Assembly (NCBI GenBank): GCA_011523845.1
Contig: WTFV01000076.1
Location: forward strand, 999 to 64,998
DNA length: 64,000 bases
DNA from: Acidobacteriota bacterium
GTDB lineage: Bacteria; Acidobacteriota; Vicinamibacteria; Vicinamibacterales; UBA8438
Direction: 5' to 3'
Shown here: piece by piece, positions 18,659-27,938 of the stretch
How positions within the stretch are numbered: the first letter of the stretch is position 1
Layout of the letters: every line of letters starts with the position of its first letter
The notes under the pieces: model-generated
Databases searched by the model: none
Seen by the model: only the letters and a program-made list of their open reading frames with translations
What the model was told of the DNA's origin: nothing
Made by a program: the position numbers and the translations under genes

Positions 18659-19123
18659 CTATCCCGGGCCGCCGCGTTTCCGCTCCAGGTAGTCGGCGGC
18701 CGCGCGCATCTCGTCGGCGTCCCACGCCGTCCAGTCGTTGCCTTGCGGCAACCCGGGCGCCCCGGTGCTTCTTCCGGTGGCGACGATGCGGACGGCGAGC
18801 CGCTCGGCGCCGTACTCCCGACACAGGGCCAGGAACCGGGTCGTCAGCGCGACCGACGGCAGGTCGTGAACACCCGACGGCTGCCGCTCGCCGTCTCGGA
18901 TTGCGTGGTCCGGAGGTTCCGCCCGCAGTGTCGTCGTGGCTTTGTCCTCGCTTGTCTCGTAGCGCACGACCTGTCCGGTCCGGTACGACGTCATGCGCAC
19001 CAGCCCGCAGGCTTTGCACACGTCCGCCCGGCAGTCGTTCGTCGAGCGTTTGCGTGCGAGCCGCCACACATGCCCGCTGGCCCGTCGCGGGCAGGGAGGA
19101 ACCTGCAGGTTCTGGTGGGCCAT
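18659..19123 (-). CDS. Hypothetical protein
   Basis: 154-aa ORF with consistently high GC3 and a normal amino-acid mix. No motif recognised apart from a C-x5-C-x2-C cluster (CRADVCKAC) near the N-terminus. Confidence 0.5.
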   Translation of the reverse strand: MAHQNLQVPPCPRRASGHVWRLARKRSTNDCRADVCKACGLVRMTSYRTGQVVRYETSEDKATTTLRAEPPDHAIRDGERQPSGVHDLPSVALTTRFLALCREYGAERLAVRIVATGRSTGAPGLPQGNDWTAWDADEMRAAADYLERKRGGPG

Positions 19124-19202
19124 CTGCTGCTGGACGCGCGGACTCTTCAGCCGGATCGGCCACGCGGGCGCGACGCGGGCGTCATCAGCTCCTGCGCCGC
19201 AT

Positions 19203-22200
19203 TTACCAACCGAGCGTTCCCCGGCCCGTGAATCCGCTGCTGGCCCCGCCGTGCATCGGGCTCTCCCGCCGTTGCGCGTCGACGCCCAGCTCGAAGTTCA
19301 CGTTGCTGCGGTCGAGCACTCCGAGGCCGTAGCCGACGCGGTAGTCCCGGCCGTACCGCGAGGTCGTCAGGCCGACGCGCGGCGTCCCCACGAAGCGGGC
19401 GCCCACCGGCAACCCGTAGCCCACCTCCGCGTCGACCCGGTCGCCGGCCCCGTACATCCGGTGCGAGCTCATGCCGTAGGCCATCTGGTTGCTCCAGAGC
19501 GCCTCGGCTCCGCCCTGCGCCTGCCCGCCCCACGACGGGGCCACCCGCGCGGTCAGCCCCAGCGGGCTCGACGGCGTCGGGTCCCACCCGAACGACAGCG
19601 ACATCCCGCGCTCGGAGAACCCGTCGGCCTGGTGCACCACCAGCGTCCGCACCCGCAGGTCCAGCGACAGCCCCGTGACCGTGTCGGTGAAGGCGAGCCC
19701 GCCGCCGACGTCCATGCCCGCCCCCGTCTCGGCGTCCCCGCCGTCGCGCCGCAGGCCCACCTCGACGCTCGGCGTCAGCGACAGCCGGCCGCCACCCAGC
19801 GTGAAGCCCCGTGAGCCCTCCAGCGCCGTGCGCACCCGCGTCACCCCCACCTCGGAGGCGCTCAGCCGGCCGGCCGGACCGTCGAGCAGATCGCTCGCCG
19901 CGCCCACCCACAGCGCGTCGGCCTTGAACGCCAGCGCGAACCCGCCGGTGGCCCGCGCACCGATCAGCTCGCCCCGCGTGCCCACGGCCGACATGGCCAT
20001 CGACACGCCTGTCTCGAGCGCCGATCGGCCGTCCGGCGTCAGGCTCAGCGCGCCGGCGCCGTAGCCGGTCACCCCCCACACCGAGACGCGGTCGCTGACC
20101 TGGTAGCCCGCCCACGGATAGAACCCGGTCATCGACGTGCCCATCTGTCCGCCGCCCGTGCCACGGTAGCCGCCCGTCCCGAGCGTGCGGCCCACCGACA
20201 GGCCCACCGTCAGCGCGCCGCGTGAGTAGTCGGCCCCGAACATCGTCGTCCGCACGTCGCCGTCGAGCGACAACGCGTTGTCGAGACCGCTGAAGTGCGA
20301 CCGCGAACTGCTGCTCCAGACCGACAGCATGCCGCCGCGGCTCTCGCGGCTGAGCTCGAACTCGGAGTTGGAGAAGAGGTTGCCCCCCATCCCCATCGAG
20401 TCGAACAGGCCGCCGCCGTGCGCGGCGCGCGCCGGGCCGTAGCCGCCCATCGGCGCCTGCCGCCGGGCTGTGCCCATCGCACCCGGCATGCCGCCCATGC
20501 CCATCGCGCCTCCCACGGCGCCCAGGCCGTGCATGCCGGACGTGCTCATACCGAAGGCGGCGCCGCCGGCCGCGTGCGAGCTCATCCCCATCGGGGCCGC
20601 GCCCGCCGGACCCATGCCCGTCGGCTGCGCGAACTGCGACACCAGGCCGAGCGCGAAGTCCCCCTCCTGCCCCGGCCGCAGCTCCCGGCCCGCGAAGCGC
20701 GCCCGGAAGCCCCGCCGCCGCGGCGCCGCCATCCGCTCCTCGATGTGCGTCACCACCTGTTCGGCCGTCGCACGCCCGAAGCGCGCCAGCAGCGCCGCCG
20801 GGATCGGGTCCGTGTTCCGGATCGTCCCCGTTGCCTTGCGGTGCCGGTTCCTCAAGTACGCGCCGCTCTCGTTCGACAGGCGCAGCTGGAATTTCTCGCT
20901 GCCTTCGTCGACGTCGTCGTCGAGCACCGGCACGTGCACCGTCTTCTCCGTCTCGCCCGCGGCGAAGCTCAAGGTGCCGGACACGGCCGTGTAGTCCTCG
21001 CCCGCCTTCGCCGAACCGTCGGCGGTTGCGTAGTCCACCGACACTGCGCTGGCGGACGTGCGGTTCAGGGTCACCGCGAAGTCCACCCCGGCGTCCTTGC
21101 CCTCGCGCGCCCTGCCGCCCTCGAGGCGGATCCGCACCGGGCCGCCGACCGACGCCTGGGAGCTGTTCGTCAGGGCCCGCCCGTCCGGCGTGCACACCGC
21201 GCCCTTCGCGGCGCAGTCCCGGCCGCCGGCGAGCCTCACCGTCACCTCGCGCCACGAGGACGGCTTCACCCGCACCCGCCACAGCCCGGCCTCGACCTGC
21301 TTGACGCTCCGCACGCGGCCCTGCGTCACCTGGAACGACGACGCGCGCGGCGACTTGCTGAAGTTGCCCACCGTCTCGCTCAGCCGCACCTGGAGACTGA
21401 ACGCCGCCTTGCCGTCGTGGTCCGACGGCACCTGCTCGAACGACGCCGTCAGCGGGTCGGTCGGGTCCGGATCGCGGGTGCCGCCGCCGAGGACCTGCTG
21501 GGCGTCCGTCGTCGACTGGACCCAGTCGGACCACGGGCCGGTCCGGGCCCAGAGGTTGCGCGCACGCGCCCGGACCTGATACGTCGTCCCGCCGGCGAGG
21601 CCCGGCACCGTCACCGTGTCGGTGCTGCATGGCGACGGAACCTTGTGGGTGTGGTTCACGACGGAACCGTCCGACGTCTTCTGCGCCTCCACCTGGTAGT
21701 TGGTCACCGGCGAGCTGCCCGGCGTCACGCACCCGACGCTGAAGCTGAGCGTCGTCGCCGTCTGATTCGTCGCCGTCAGCGTCGGCTTGCCGGGGGACGG
21801 ATCATGCGTATGGGGCTCGACCAGGGACACGAGAACCTTCTGATTGGCGGACCAAGTCACGCCAGGATTGTTCCATTGAGCGAACGTCTGATTGGACCCG
21901 GCGTCATCGTTGGCAACAGGAAACCTGTCCGGGGGGTTGTCCACCAGCAGCGTTAGCTTTCCTAGTTCTTCCCTTTGGTCAGGTTGAGCGCTCTGAAAAG
22001 CCAGAGTGAGACCAGGGGTGAAACCCGACTCGTTGTAGATGTAGAGACCCGTGATCACATAGTTTCTTCCGTCCTTGAGGGTGAAGTCAGTGTCCGACAG
22101 GGCTGCGGTGCATGTGTCGAGGTTCGTTATGCTGGGCGCACAGCCCGCGTAGTGACCTTCCACGTCCACGGTCAGCGTGGCGTACCAGACGGTCCGGCCG

Positions 22201-22304
22201 GATTGGGCCCCGGCCGGAGCGGCGGCGAGCAGTAACAGCGCGCCTGCCAGCAGGGTGGCGGGGATCACAGAGGCAGGCGCTCGGCGCGCCAGGGGATTCA
22301 GCAT
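19203..22304 (-). CDS. Autotransporter-type outer-membrane protein with FN3 and Calx-beta passenger domains
   Basis: Signal peptide MLNPLARRAPASVIPATLLAGALLLLAAAPAGAQS. An FN3-like block (...TYQVRARARNLWARTGPWSDW). Calx-beta (VDYATADGSAKAGEDYTAVSGTLSFAAGETEKTVHVPVLDDDVDEGSEKF). Gly/Met-rich linker. A C-terminal beta-barrel ends ...GFTGRGTLGW. An alternative start is at 22319. Confidence 0.85.
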   Translation of the reverse strand: MLNPLARRAPASVIPATLLAGALLLLAAAPAGAQSGRTVWYATLTVDVEGHYAGCAPSITNLDTCTAALSDTDFTLKDGRNYVITGLYIYNESGFTPGLTLAFQSAQPDQREELGKLTLLVDNPPDRFPVANDDAGSNQTFAQWNNPGVTWSANQKVLVSLVEPHTHDPSPGKPTLTATNQTATTLSFSVGCVTPGSSPVTNYQVEAQKTSDGSVVNHTHKVPSPCSTDTVTVPGLAGGTTYQVRARARNLWARTGPWSDWVQSTTDAQQVLGGGTRDPDPTDPLTASFEQVPSDHDGKAAFSLQVRLSETVGNFSKSPRASSFQVTQGRVRSVKQVEAGLWRVRVKPSSWREVTVRLAGGRDCAAKGAVCTPDGRALTNSSQASVGGPVRIRLEGGRAREGKDAGVDFAVTLNRTSASAVSVDYATADGSAKAGEDYTAVSGTLSFAAGETEKTVHVPVLDDDVDEGSEKFQLRLSNESGAYLRNRHRKATGTIRNTDPIPAALLARFGRATAEQVVTHIEERMAAPRRRGFRARFAGRELRPGQEGDFALGLVSQFAQPTGMGPAGAAPMGMSSHAAGGAAFGMSTSGMHGLGAVGGAMGMGGMPGAMGTARRQAPMGGYGPARAAHGGGLFDSMGMGGNLFSNSEFELSRESRGGMLSVWSSSSRSHFSGLDNALSLDGDVRTTMFGADYSRGALTVGLSVGRTLGTGGYRGTGGGQMGTSMTGFYPWAGYQVSDRVSVWGVTGYGAGALSLTPDGRSALETGVSMAMSAVGTRGELIGARATGGFALAFKADALWVGAASDLLDGPAGRLSASEVGVTRVRTALEGSRGFTLGGGRLSLTPSVEVGLRRDGGDAETGAGMDVGGGLAFTDTVTGLSLDLRVRTLVVHQADGFSERGMSLSFGWDPTPSSPLGLTARVAPSWGGQAQGGAEALWSNQMAYGMSSHRMYGAGDRVDAEVGYGLPVGARFVGTPRVGLTTSRYGRDYRVGYGLGVLDRSNVNFELGVDAQRRESPMHGGASSGFTGRGTLGW

Positions 22305-22485
22305 GGGGTCAAGCTCCATTGCGCGGCAGTGCGGACGAACGGCGCTGGCCGCGCATTCGGCAGCACACAGAATGGCTGTCCGGACCGACGGACCGCAGCC
22401 GTTGATCCACTCCTCCGGGACTTGCGGCAGCCCTTGCGGGGGCGGCCGGTCGAGCGGGTCGAGCGGTCGATTTCGCTCCCGCCCA

Positions 22486-23160
22486 TCAGAACGACACTCC
22501 GTCCCGCACCTGCACCGAGTGCGCCGCATCGCCGCTGCGGCCGAGGCCCGCTGCGCTGTTGCCGCCGTCAAACGTCCCGCTGACGGCGGCCTGCCGCACG
22601 CCCTCAACCCCCACGTTGAACCGTTGGTCCACCGTCCACCGCCACCCGAAGCGTAGCGCCCGGTAGCCCACGGCCGACTGCGTCAGGCCCGCGTACGGCG
22701 TCCCCGTCCCGCGGCCGCCCGGTCCCGCCATTCCGTAGCCGACGTCCGCCGCGAACTGGCCGCCCATGTCCAACGGGCGCGCGCCGTGCGGGACCAGGCC
22801 GCCCATGTCCTGCATCGCCCACAGCCGGTGAGCGCCCTGGGATGCCATGCCGAACGACGGCGTCATCGTCAGCGACAGGCCCCGGCCCGACAGGCCGGGG
22901 TCGAAGCGCACCGAGCCGGTGAAGCCCCACTCCTCGTAGCGGCTGTCCTGGTGCGCCATCAGCAGGCTGCGCGCCGCGGCGAGCAGGAAAAGCGCGCCTG
23001 CCAGCAGCGCAAGGAGCGCGGGGGTGAGTAAAGGCGAGGCGGGTGCGGGGAGAGCGGGGCGCGGGTCAGGATTGCGCAGAGACCCGGCCGAAGGGGCCGG
23101 AGGGTGCGCGCCGGCGAAGCGCCGGACGCGAGTCACACCGCCCTCGGCTCGGCCTACCAC
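22486..23160 (-). CDS. Short protein resembling only the last strands of an autotransporter beta-barrel; start uncertain
   Basis: ...LSLTMTPSFGMASQGAHRLW...DVGYGMAGPG...GLTQSAVGYRALRFGWRWTVDQRFNVGVEGVRQ...VRDGVSF parallels the C-terminal ~150 aa of 19203..22304. A hydrophobic leader LLALLAGALFLLAAA precedes it. It may be a remnant. Confidence 0.45.
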   Translation of the reverse strand: MVGRAEGGVTRVRRFAGAHPPAPSAGSLRNPDPRPALPAPASPLLTPALLALLAGALFLLAAARSLLMAHQDSRYEEWGFTGSVRFDPGLSGRGLSLTMTPSFGMASQGAHRLWAMQDMGGLVPHGARPLDMGGQFAADVGYGMAGPGGRGTGTPYAGLTQSAVGYRALRFGWRWTVDQRFNVGVEGVRQAAVSGTFDGGNSAAGLGRSGDAAHSVQVRDGVSF

Positions 23161-23371
23161 GGTGTCACCATCATGTCAACGATCCGTTGCTCCGGACGGC
23201 CGTAAAGGCACACTCCTGCTAGCTTCATCAGCAGGGGTGCAGTGTCTCAAATTTCGTGTGATGTGTGGGTCATGAAAAGGCCGAATACGGTCATGATTTC
23301 GTGAAGATGCAATAATCTGCGGCGTTGAGCTGCGTCATGGGCCGCCGCCTGCTCGCGGGGCGCCTCGCGCC

Positions 23372-25756
23372 GTGTCCGGCAAGGAGGGAATGGTGCAGGA
23401 GAGCGCCGACGAGTTGCGGCAACGAAACCGGATGCTCGAGGACCGCATCTCGAGCCTGAGCGCGGCCGTCCTGCGCGTCAGCGCCACCCTCGACCTCGAG
23501 ACCGTCCTGCGGGAGATCGTCGACAGCGCCCGCGCGCTGACCGGCGCCCGCTACGGCCTGATCACGACCATCGACGACGCCGGGCAGCCTCAGGACTTCG
23601 TCACCGCCGGCCTGGAACCCGGACAGCACGCGGTGATGGCCGCGTGGTCCGACGGACCGCGGCTCTTCGCGCACTTCCGGGACCAGCAGGAGCCCTTGCG
23701 CGTGGCGGACCTGCCGGCCTATGTCGAGGGGCTCGGCTTCTCGACGGAGGTGATCGTCTCGAAGACGATGCAGTGCACGCCGATGCGGCACCGCGACGTT
23801 CACGTCGGCACCTTCTTCCTCGGCGAGAAGGAGGGCGGACCGGAGTTCACGAGCGCCGACGAGGAGGTCCTGGTCCTGTTCGCGTCGCAGGCGGCGACGG
23901 CCATCGCCAACGCCCGCACGCACCGGGACGAGCGGCGGGCCAGGGCCGATCTCGAGGCGCTGGTCGAGACCTGCCCGGTAGGCGTCGTCGTCTTCGACGG
24001 CCGAAGCGGCAGGCTCGTGTCGTTCAACCGGGAGGCGCGGCGGATCGTCGAGCCCCTGCGCACGCCGGGGGGCGCGCTCGAGGAGCTGCTAGACATGGTC
24101 ACCTGCCGCCGCGGCGACGGGCGCGAGGTCCTCCTGGCCGAGTTCCCGATGGCGCAGCAGATGAGCAGCGCCGAGACGGTGCGCGCCGAAGAGATCACGC
24201 TGTCGGTCCCCGACGGCCGGCGCGTCACGACGCTGGTCAACGCCACGCCGATCCGTTCGGCCGACGGCGCGGTCGAGTCGATGGTGGTCACCCTGCAGGA
24301 CCTGGCGCCGCTGGAGGAGCTGGAGCGCCAGCGGGCCGAGTTCCTGTCCATGGTGAGCCATGAGCTGCGCACGCCGCTGAGCTCCATCAAGGGCTCGGCG
24401 GTCGCCGTGCTGGGCGCCTCGCGGGCCCCGGATCAGGCCGAGACGCGGCAGTTCTTCCGGGTCATTGACGAGCAGGCCGACCAGATGCTCGGCCTGCTCG
24501 GCGACCTGGTGGACCAGGGGCGCATCGAGACCGGCACGCTGTCGGTCTCGCTCGAACCGGTCGAGGTGGCCGGGTTGGTGGATCAGGCCAGAAGCACCTT
24601 CCTCGGCGGCGGCGGCGGGCACGCCCTCAGCATCGACCTGCCGGAGGACCTGCCGCGGGTGATGGCCGACCCCGGGCGGATCGTGCAGGTCCTCAACAAC
24701 CTGTTCTCGAACGCCTCCCGGCACTCGCCCGAGTCGTCCCCCATCCGCGTCGCCGCCGCCCGGGACGGCCTGCACGTGGCGATATCGGTATCCGACCGGG
24801 GCCGGGGTGTCCCGCCGGACCGGCTGCCGCACCTGTTCCGCAAGCACGGCGGCGCGCCCGCCGGCGAGAGGGAGCGCCGGCTCGGGGGCTCCGGCCTGGG
24901 GCTGTCGATATGCAAGGGGCTGGTGGAGGCGCACGGCGGCCGCATCCGGGCGGAGAGCGGCGGGGCGGGGCGCGGCACCCGCTTCACGTTCACGCTGCCG
25001 GTGGCCGAGGACGCCGCCGGCGCGGCCGGCGCGGCGCCGCGCCGCTCCCGCCGGCCCCGCAAGGGGGAGGAGCGGACGCGCATCCTCGTGGTCGACGACG
25101 ACCCGCGCACGCTGCGCCACGTTCGGGACGTCCTCGCCGAGGCGGACTACGCCCCGGTCGTGACCGGGGACCCGGAGCAGCTGCCCGAGCTCCTCAGCAC
25201 GCACAAGCCTCGGCTCGTCCTGCTGGACCTGGTGCTGCCGGACACCGACGGCATCAAGTTGATGGAAAGCCTGCGCGAGCTCGAGGACCTGCCGGTCATC
25301 TTCATCTCGGCCTACGACAGGAACGAGACGGTCGTCAGGGCGCTCGATGCGGGAGCCGCGGACTACATCGCCAAGCCCTTTTCGCCGTCGGAGTTGACGG
25401 CGCGGGTGCGGGCGGTCCTGCGGCGCCGCGCCGAGCCGGAACCCTTCCTGCTGGGGGACCTGGCGATTCACTACGAGGACCGCCGCGTCACCGTCGCCGG
25501 CCGCCCCCTGACGCTGACGATGACCGAGTTCGAGGTGCTCCGCGTGCTCTCGACCAGCGCGGGGCGGGCCGTGACGTACGACTCGCTGCTGCGCCAGGCG
25601 TGGGGCAGGCGGCGCCGCGGCTCCGCCGCCCCGAAGCTGGTACGCGCGATCGTCAGGGGTCTGCGCCGCAAGCTGGGCGACGACGGGGCCAACCCGGCCT
25701 ACGTGTGCAATGTGCGCGGCGTCGGCTACCGCATGCCCAGGGCCGGGGAGCGGTAG
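23372..25756 (+). CDS. Single-polypeptide two-component system: GAF-PAS-HisKA-HATPase_c-REC-OmpR/PhoB winged helix
   Basis: H-box SHELRTPLSSIKG. N/G boxes (NLFSNASRHSP, VSDRGRGVP, GGSGLGLSICKGLV). Receiver RILVVDDDP...LVLLDLVLPDTDG...KPF. C-terminal LTMTEFEVLRVL...VRGVGYRM. An alternative ATG is at 23390. Confidence 0.9.
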   Translation: MSGKEGMVQESADELRQRNRMLEDRISSLSAAVLRVSATLDLETVLREIVDSARALTGARYGLITTIDDAGQPQDFVTAGLEPGQHAVMAAWSDGPRLFAHFRDQQEPLRVADLPAYVEGLGFSTEVIVSKTMQCTPMRHRDVHVGTFFLGEKEGGPEFTSADEEVLVLFASQAATAIANARTHRDERRARADLEALVETCPVGVVVFDGRSGRLVSFNREARRIVEPLRTPGGALEELLDMVTCRRGDGREVLLAEFPMAQQMSSAETVRAEEITLSVPDGRRVTTLVNATPIRSADGAVESMVVTLQDLAPLEELERQRAEFLSMVSHELRTPLSSIKGSAVAVLGASRAPDQAETRQFFRVIDEQADQMLGLLGDLVDQGRIETGTLSVSLEPVEVAGLVDQARSTFLGGGGGHALSIDLPEDLPRVMADPGRIVQVLNNLFSNASRHSPESSPIRVAAARDGLHVAISVSDRGRGVPPDRLPHLFRKHGGAPAGERERRLGGSGLGLSICKGLVEAHGGRIRAESGGAGRGTRFTFTLPVAEDAAGAAGAAPRRSRRPRKGEERTRILVVDDDPRTLRHVRDVLAEADYAPVVTGDPEQLPELLSTHKPRLVLLDLVLPDTDGIKLMESLRELEDLPVIFISAYDRNETVVRALDAGAADYIAKPFSPSELTARVRAVLRRRAEPEPFLLGDLAIHYEDRRVTVAGRPLTLTMTEFEVLRVLSTSAGRAVTYDSLLRQAWGRRRRGSAAPKLVRAIVRGLRRKLGDDGANPAYVCNVRGVGYRMPRAGER

Positions 25757-26079
25757 TCCCGCCCCCGCCGCAGCAGAATCTCAACGGTAGGAAACGGCCA
25801 CAGCGAGGACAGACCCGCATTGCGATCCGTCGAGTGCGCGACGAGAAGGGCCGCGCGGAACGGGTTGTCAGAAACGCAATAGAGACCCAACTGGAAAGGG
25901 CCGCGAGTACCGAAGACAGGTAGAGTCGGTCGAGAATGAATCCGACCGGCGGTCGGACAGAGGCGGCCAGTCGGGCCGGAAGGTGGAGACAACGCCGACC
26001 GCCAACAACACGAGACCGATAGCAGGGCAACGAGAACGCGTTGGACCCGCAGGTCCGCGCGCGTCAGAGGACCGTGACG

Positions 26080-26490
26080 ATGGCAGAGATTCGAGCCAGC
26101 GTGATGCTGGAGAACAGCGGCGGCCGCGAGTACGCATACCGCGGAGACCGGGCCGAGGCGGACATCCGGCGAGCGACGGTCGAAGGGGTCGTCGACACCG
26201 GGGCGGTGAGTCTCGTCATCCCCGAGGAGATCGCCACAGAGCTCGGGCTCCGGCACGAAGGCACGCGAACGGTCGTCTACGCGGACGAGCGCCGCGAACG
26301 ACGGCCCGTGACGAACGTCAGGATCGAGATCGGAAACCTCGCCACGTGGACCGAGGTCATCGTGGGACCGGCCGGGAGCGAGGTCCTGATCGGTCAGCTG
26401 GTGCTCGAAGCACTCGACCTGATCGCCGACTGCAGAAGCCGAACGCTGGCGCCGCAGCATCCGGAAGGGCCAGTCCTCGCCATCCGCTGA
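26080..26490 (+). CDS. Retropepsin-like (clan AA) aspartyl protease, stand-alone
   Basis: MAEIRASVMLEN...GVVDTGAVSLVIPEEIATELGL carries the D-T-G-A catalytic motif, and later ...VLIGQLVLEALDL. The track ORF starts at 26041. Confidence 0.65.
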   Translation: MAEIRASVMLENSGGREYAYRGDRAEADIRRATVEGVVDTGAVSLVIPEEIATELGLRHEGTRTVVYADERRERRPVTNVRIEIGNLATWTEVIVGPAGSEVLIGQLVLEALDLIADCRSRTLAPQHPEGPVLAIR

Positions 26491-26921
26491 GACTCCCCCG
26501 AATACGAACACGAGGGCGCGCCCGCATCGCTGAAACGCGTCGAGACAGCACGCGGCAGCCGGATCTGCGGCCGAGAGGTCCGGCGGGACTGGAATGACGA
26601 TCGGCGACGACCGTCTGCCCGGGTTGCCTACGGTGCCGCGTTTTTGTACCAGCGGGGCGAACGCAACGGTCCCGGAGACGGATCCCGCCGAAAGCGAGTG
26701 CGTTCGCCACGGACGAGTCGGCCGCGGTGATGTCGCCGCGCGAACTCGCTCCTACCGCGGCCCCGTAGGCACAGCCGCCGACGGCGCCCAAGATGGCTAC
26801 GCTGACCACTGGGTGTCTAGCGAAGAACCCGGCTGCGGCTTGCTCGTGGTCGGCCGCTGGCCCTGGCTCGACGAATGGATCCCGTATTCATTGGGAGAAC
26901 CGCGCTCGCGATCTGTAAACG

Positions 26922-27125
26922 GTGGGCGGCGAGGCGGTTGAGCTGACCGCCACCGATTACGAGTTGCTGCGCGTGCTCTCGCTCGATGCGGGACGGGTCG
27001 TACCTTTCGACACGCTGCGCCGGGTGTGGCCCAGACGCGAGAAGGCCGATGCGAACCTGGTGCGTACCTTCGTCAGGGGCCTTCGCTGCAAGCTCGGCGA
27101 CAGCGCGAGCCCGGCCGAGCGCTGA
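26922..27125 (+). pseudogene. Orphan fragment of an OmpR-type winged-helix (Trans_reg_C) domain
   Basis: VELTATDYELLRVLSLDAGRVVPFDTLRRVW...LVRTFVRGLRCKLGD is collinear with the output domain of 23372..25756. It lacks a receiver domain and the final beta-hairpin. Confidence 0.6.
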
Positions 27126-27278
27126 GTACGCGGTGCTGCAGGCGTCTGCCTCGATGGGCCATTTACCTTGCGCATGATCATTGCGGCCTGCACTCGTGCG
27201 AGCCGCCAGGTGAGTGTGGCGGCGGCCTGGACGATCTCGCCGCCGACGGCCCCGAAATCGCTGCGCGCTCGGTTGCAG

Positions 27279-27776
27279 TCAGCGACGCGAACAATTCAGC
27301 GCCTCCAGCGCCTGGGCTGCGCCCGTCAGTCCGAAGTGCTCCGTGACGGGCGCGCCGGTGCGCGGCGTGACCTGGACCCAGAAGTGGGTGTGACGGCGCA
27401 GGTTGTCGAAGAAGGCGAGGCCCGCCGGGTCGTACCGGGCGCGGCCGCCGCGTTCCTCGGTCCACGTGGCGACGTAGAGCACCTCGTGGTCGTCGTCCGG
27501 CTCCCAGTAGTGCTGCTCGGCTCCCGGACCGTCGTTCCACACCAGGCGTACGGCGCCGTTCGCGAAGACGGCGTCCCCGGTGAAACCGATGGCGAGGATG
27601 TGGAACCCTCGCTGGCAGTCGACCAGCACGGAAAGGCGCCCGTAGCTGCCCTCGGCCCGAGCGAGCACCATCGGCTGGCCCGTGGCGTCGTCGACGGTGC
27701 GAATGGTCCGCCACTGGGCGTCGGCGGTCCCGGCGGTCAACAGCAACAGCGACGCTGCGGCGATGCTTCGGATCAT
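27279..27776 (-). CDS. Secreted hypothetical protein
   Basis: AGGAGG sits 5 nt upstream of ATG 27776. MIRSIAAASLLLLTAGTADAQ is a signal peptide. Good GC3. Confidence 0.7.
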   Translation of the reverse strand: MIRSIAAASLLLLTAGTADAQWRTIRTVDDATGQPMVLARAEGSYGRLSVLVDCQRGFHILAIGFTGDAVFANGAVRLVWNDGPGAEQHYWEPDDDHEVLYVATWTEERGGRARYDPAGLAFFDNLRRHTHFWVQVTPRTGAPVTEHFGLTGAAQALEALNCSRR

Positions 27777-27938
27777 CTCGTCCTCCTGGTGTCGTAGCCG
27801 GAGTGCAGGAACCGGCGACCGACGCACGAGGCCGTGCGGTTCTGACATGCGCTCCTCGGCTGGGGGATGTTCCGCATCGAGTGAGGGCGGCATGGCCTTG
27901 CGCGCACGGGCTTCCGCGCACGGGGTGCGCTGCCGCAG

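Noticed and set aside
19147-21732. 861-aa minus ORF, plus the 553-aa + ORF 20295..21956, overlapping the autotransporter
   Set aside because: They are alternative-frame or antisense shadows rich in Arg, Gly and Pro. The frame 19203..22304 carries the signal peptide, FN3, Calx-beta and barrel motifs.
26357-26809. Minus ORF starting with a glycine-zipper-like VSVAILGAVGGCAYGAAVGA
   Set aside because: Only ~40 residues look protein-like. The rest is Arg-rich junk overlapping the aspartyl protease antisense. No convincing start or RBS is present.
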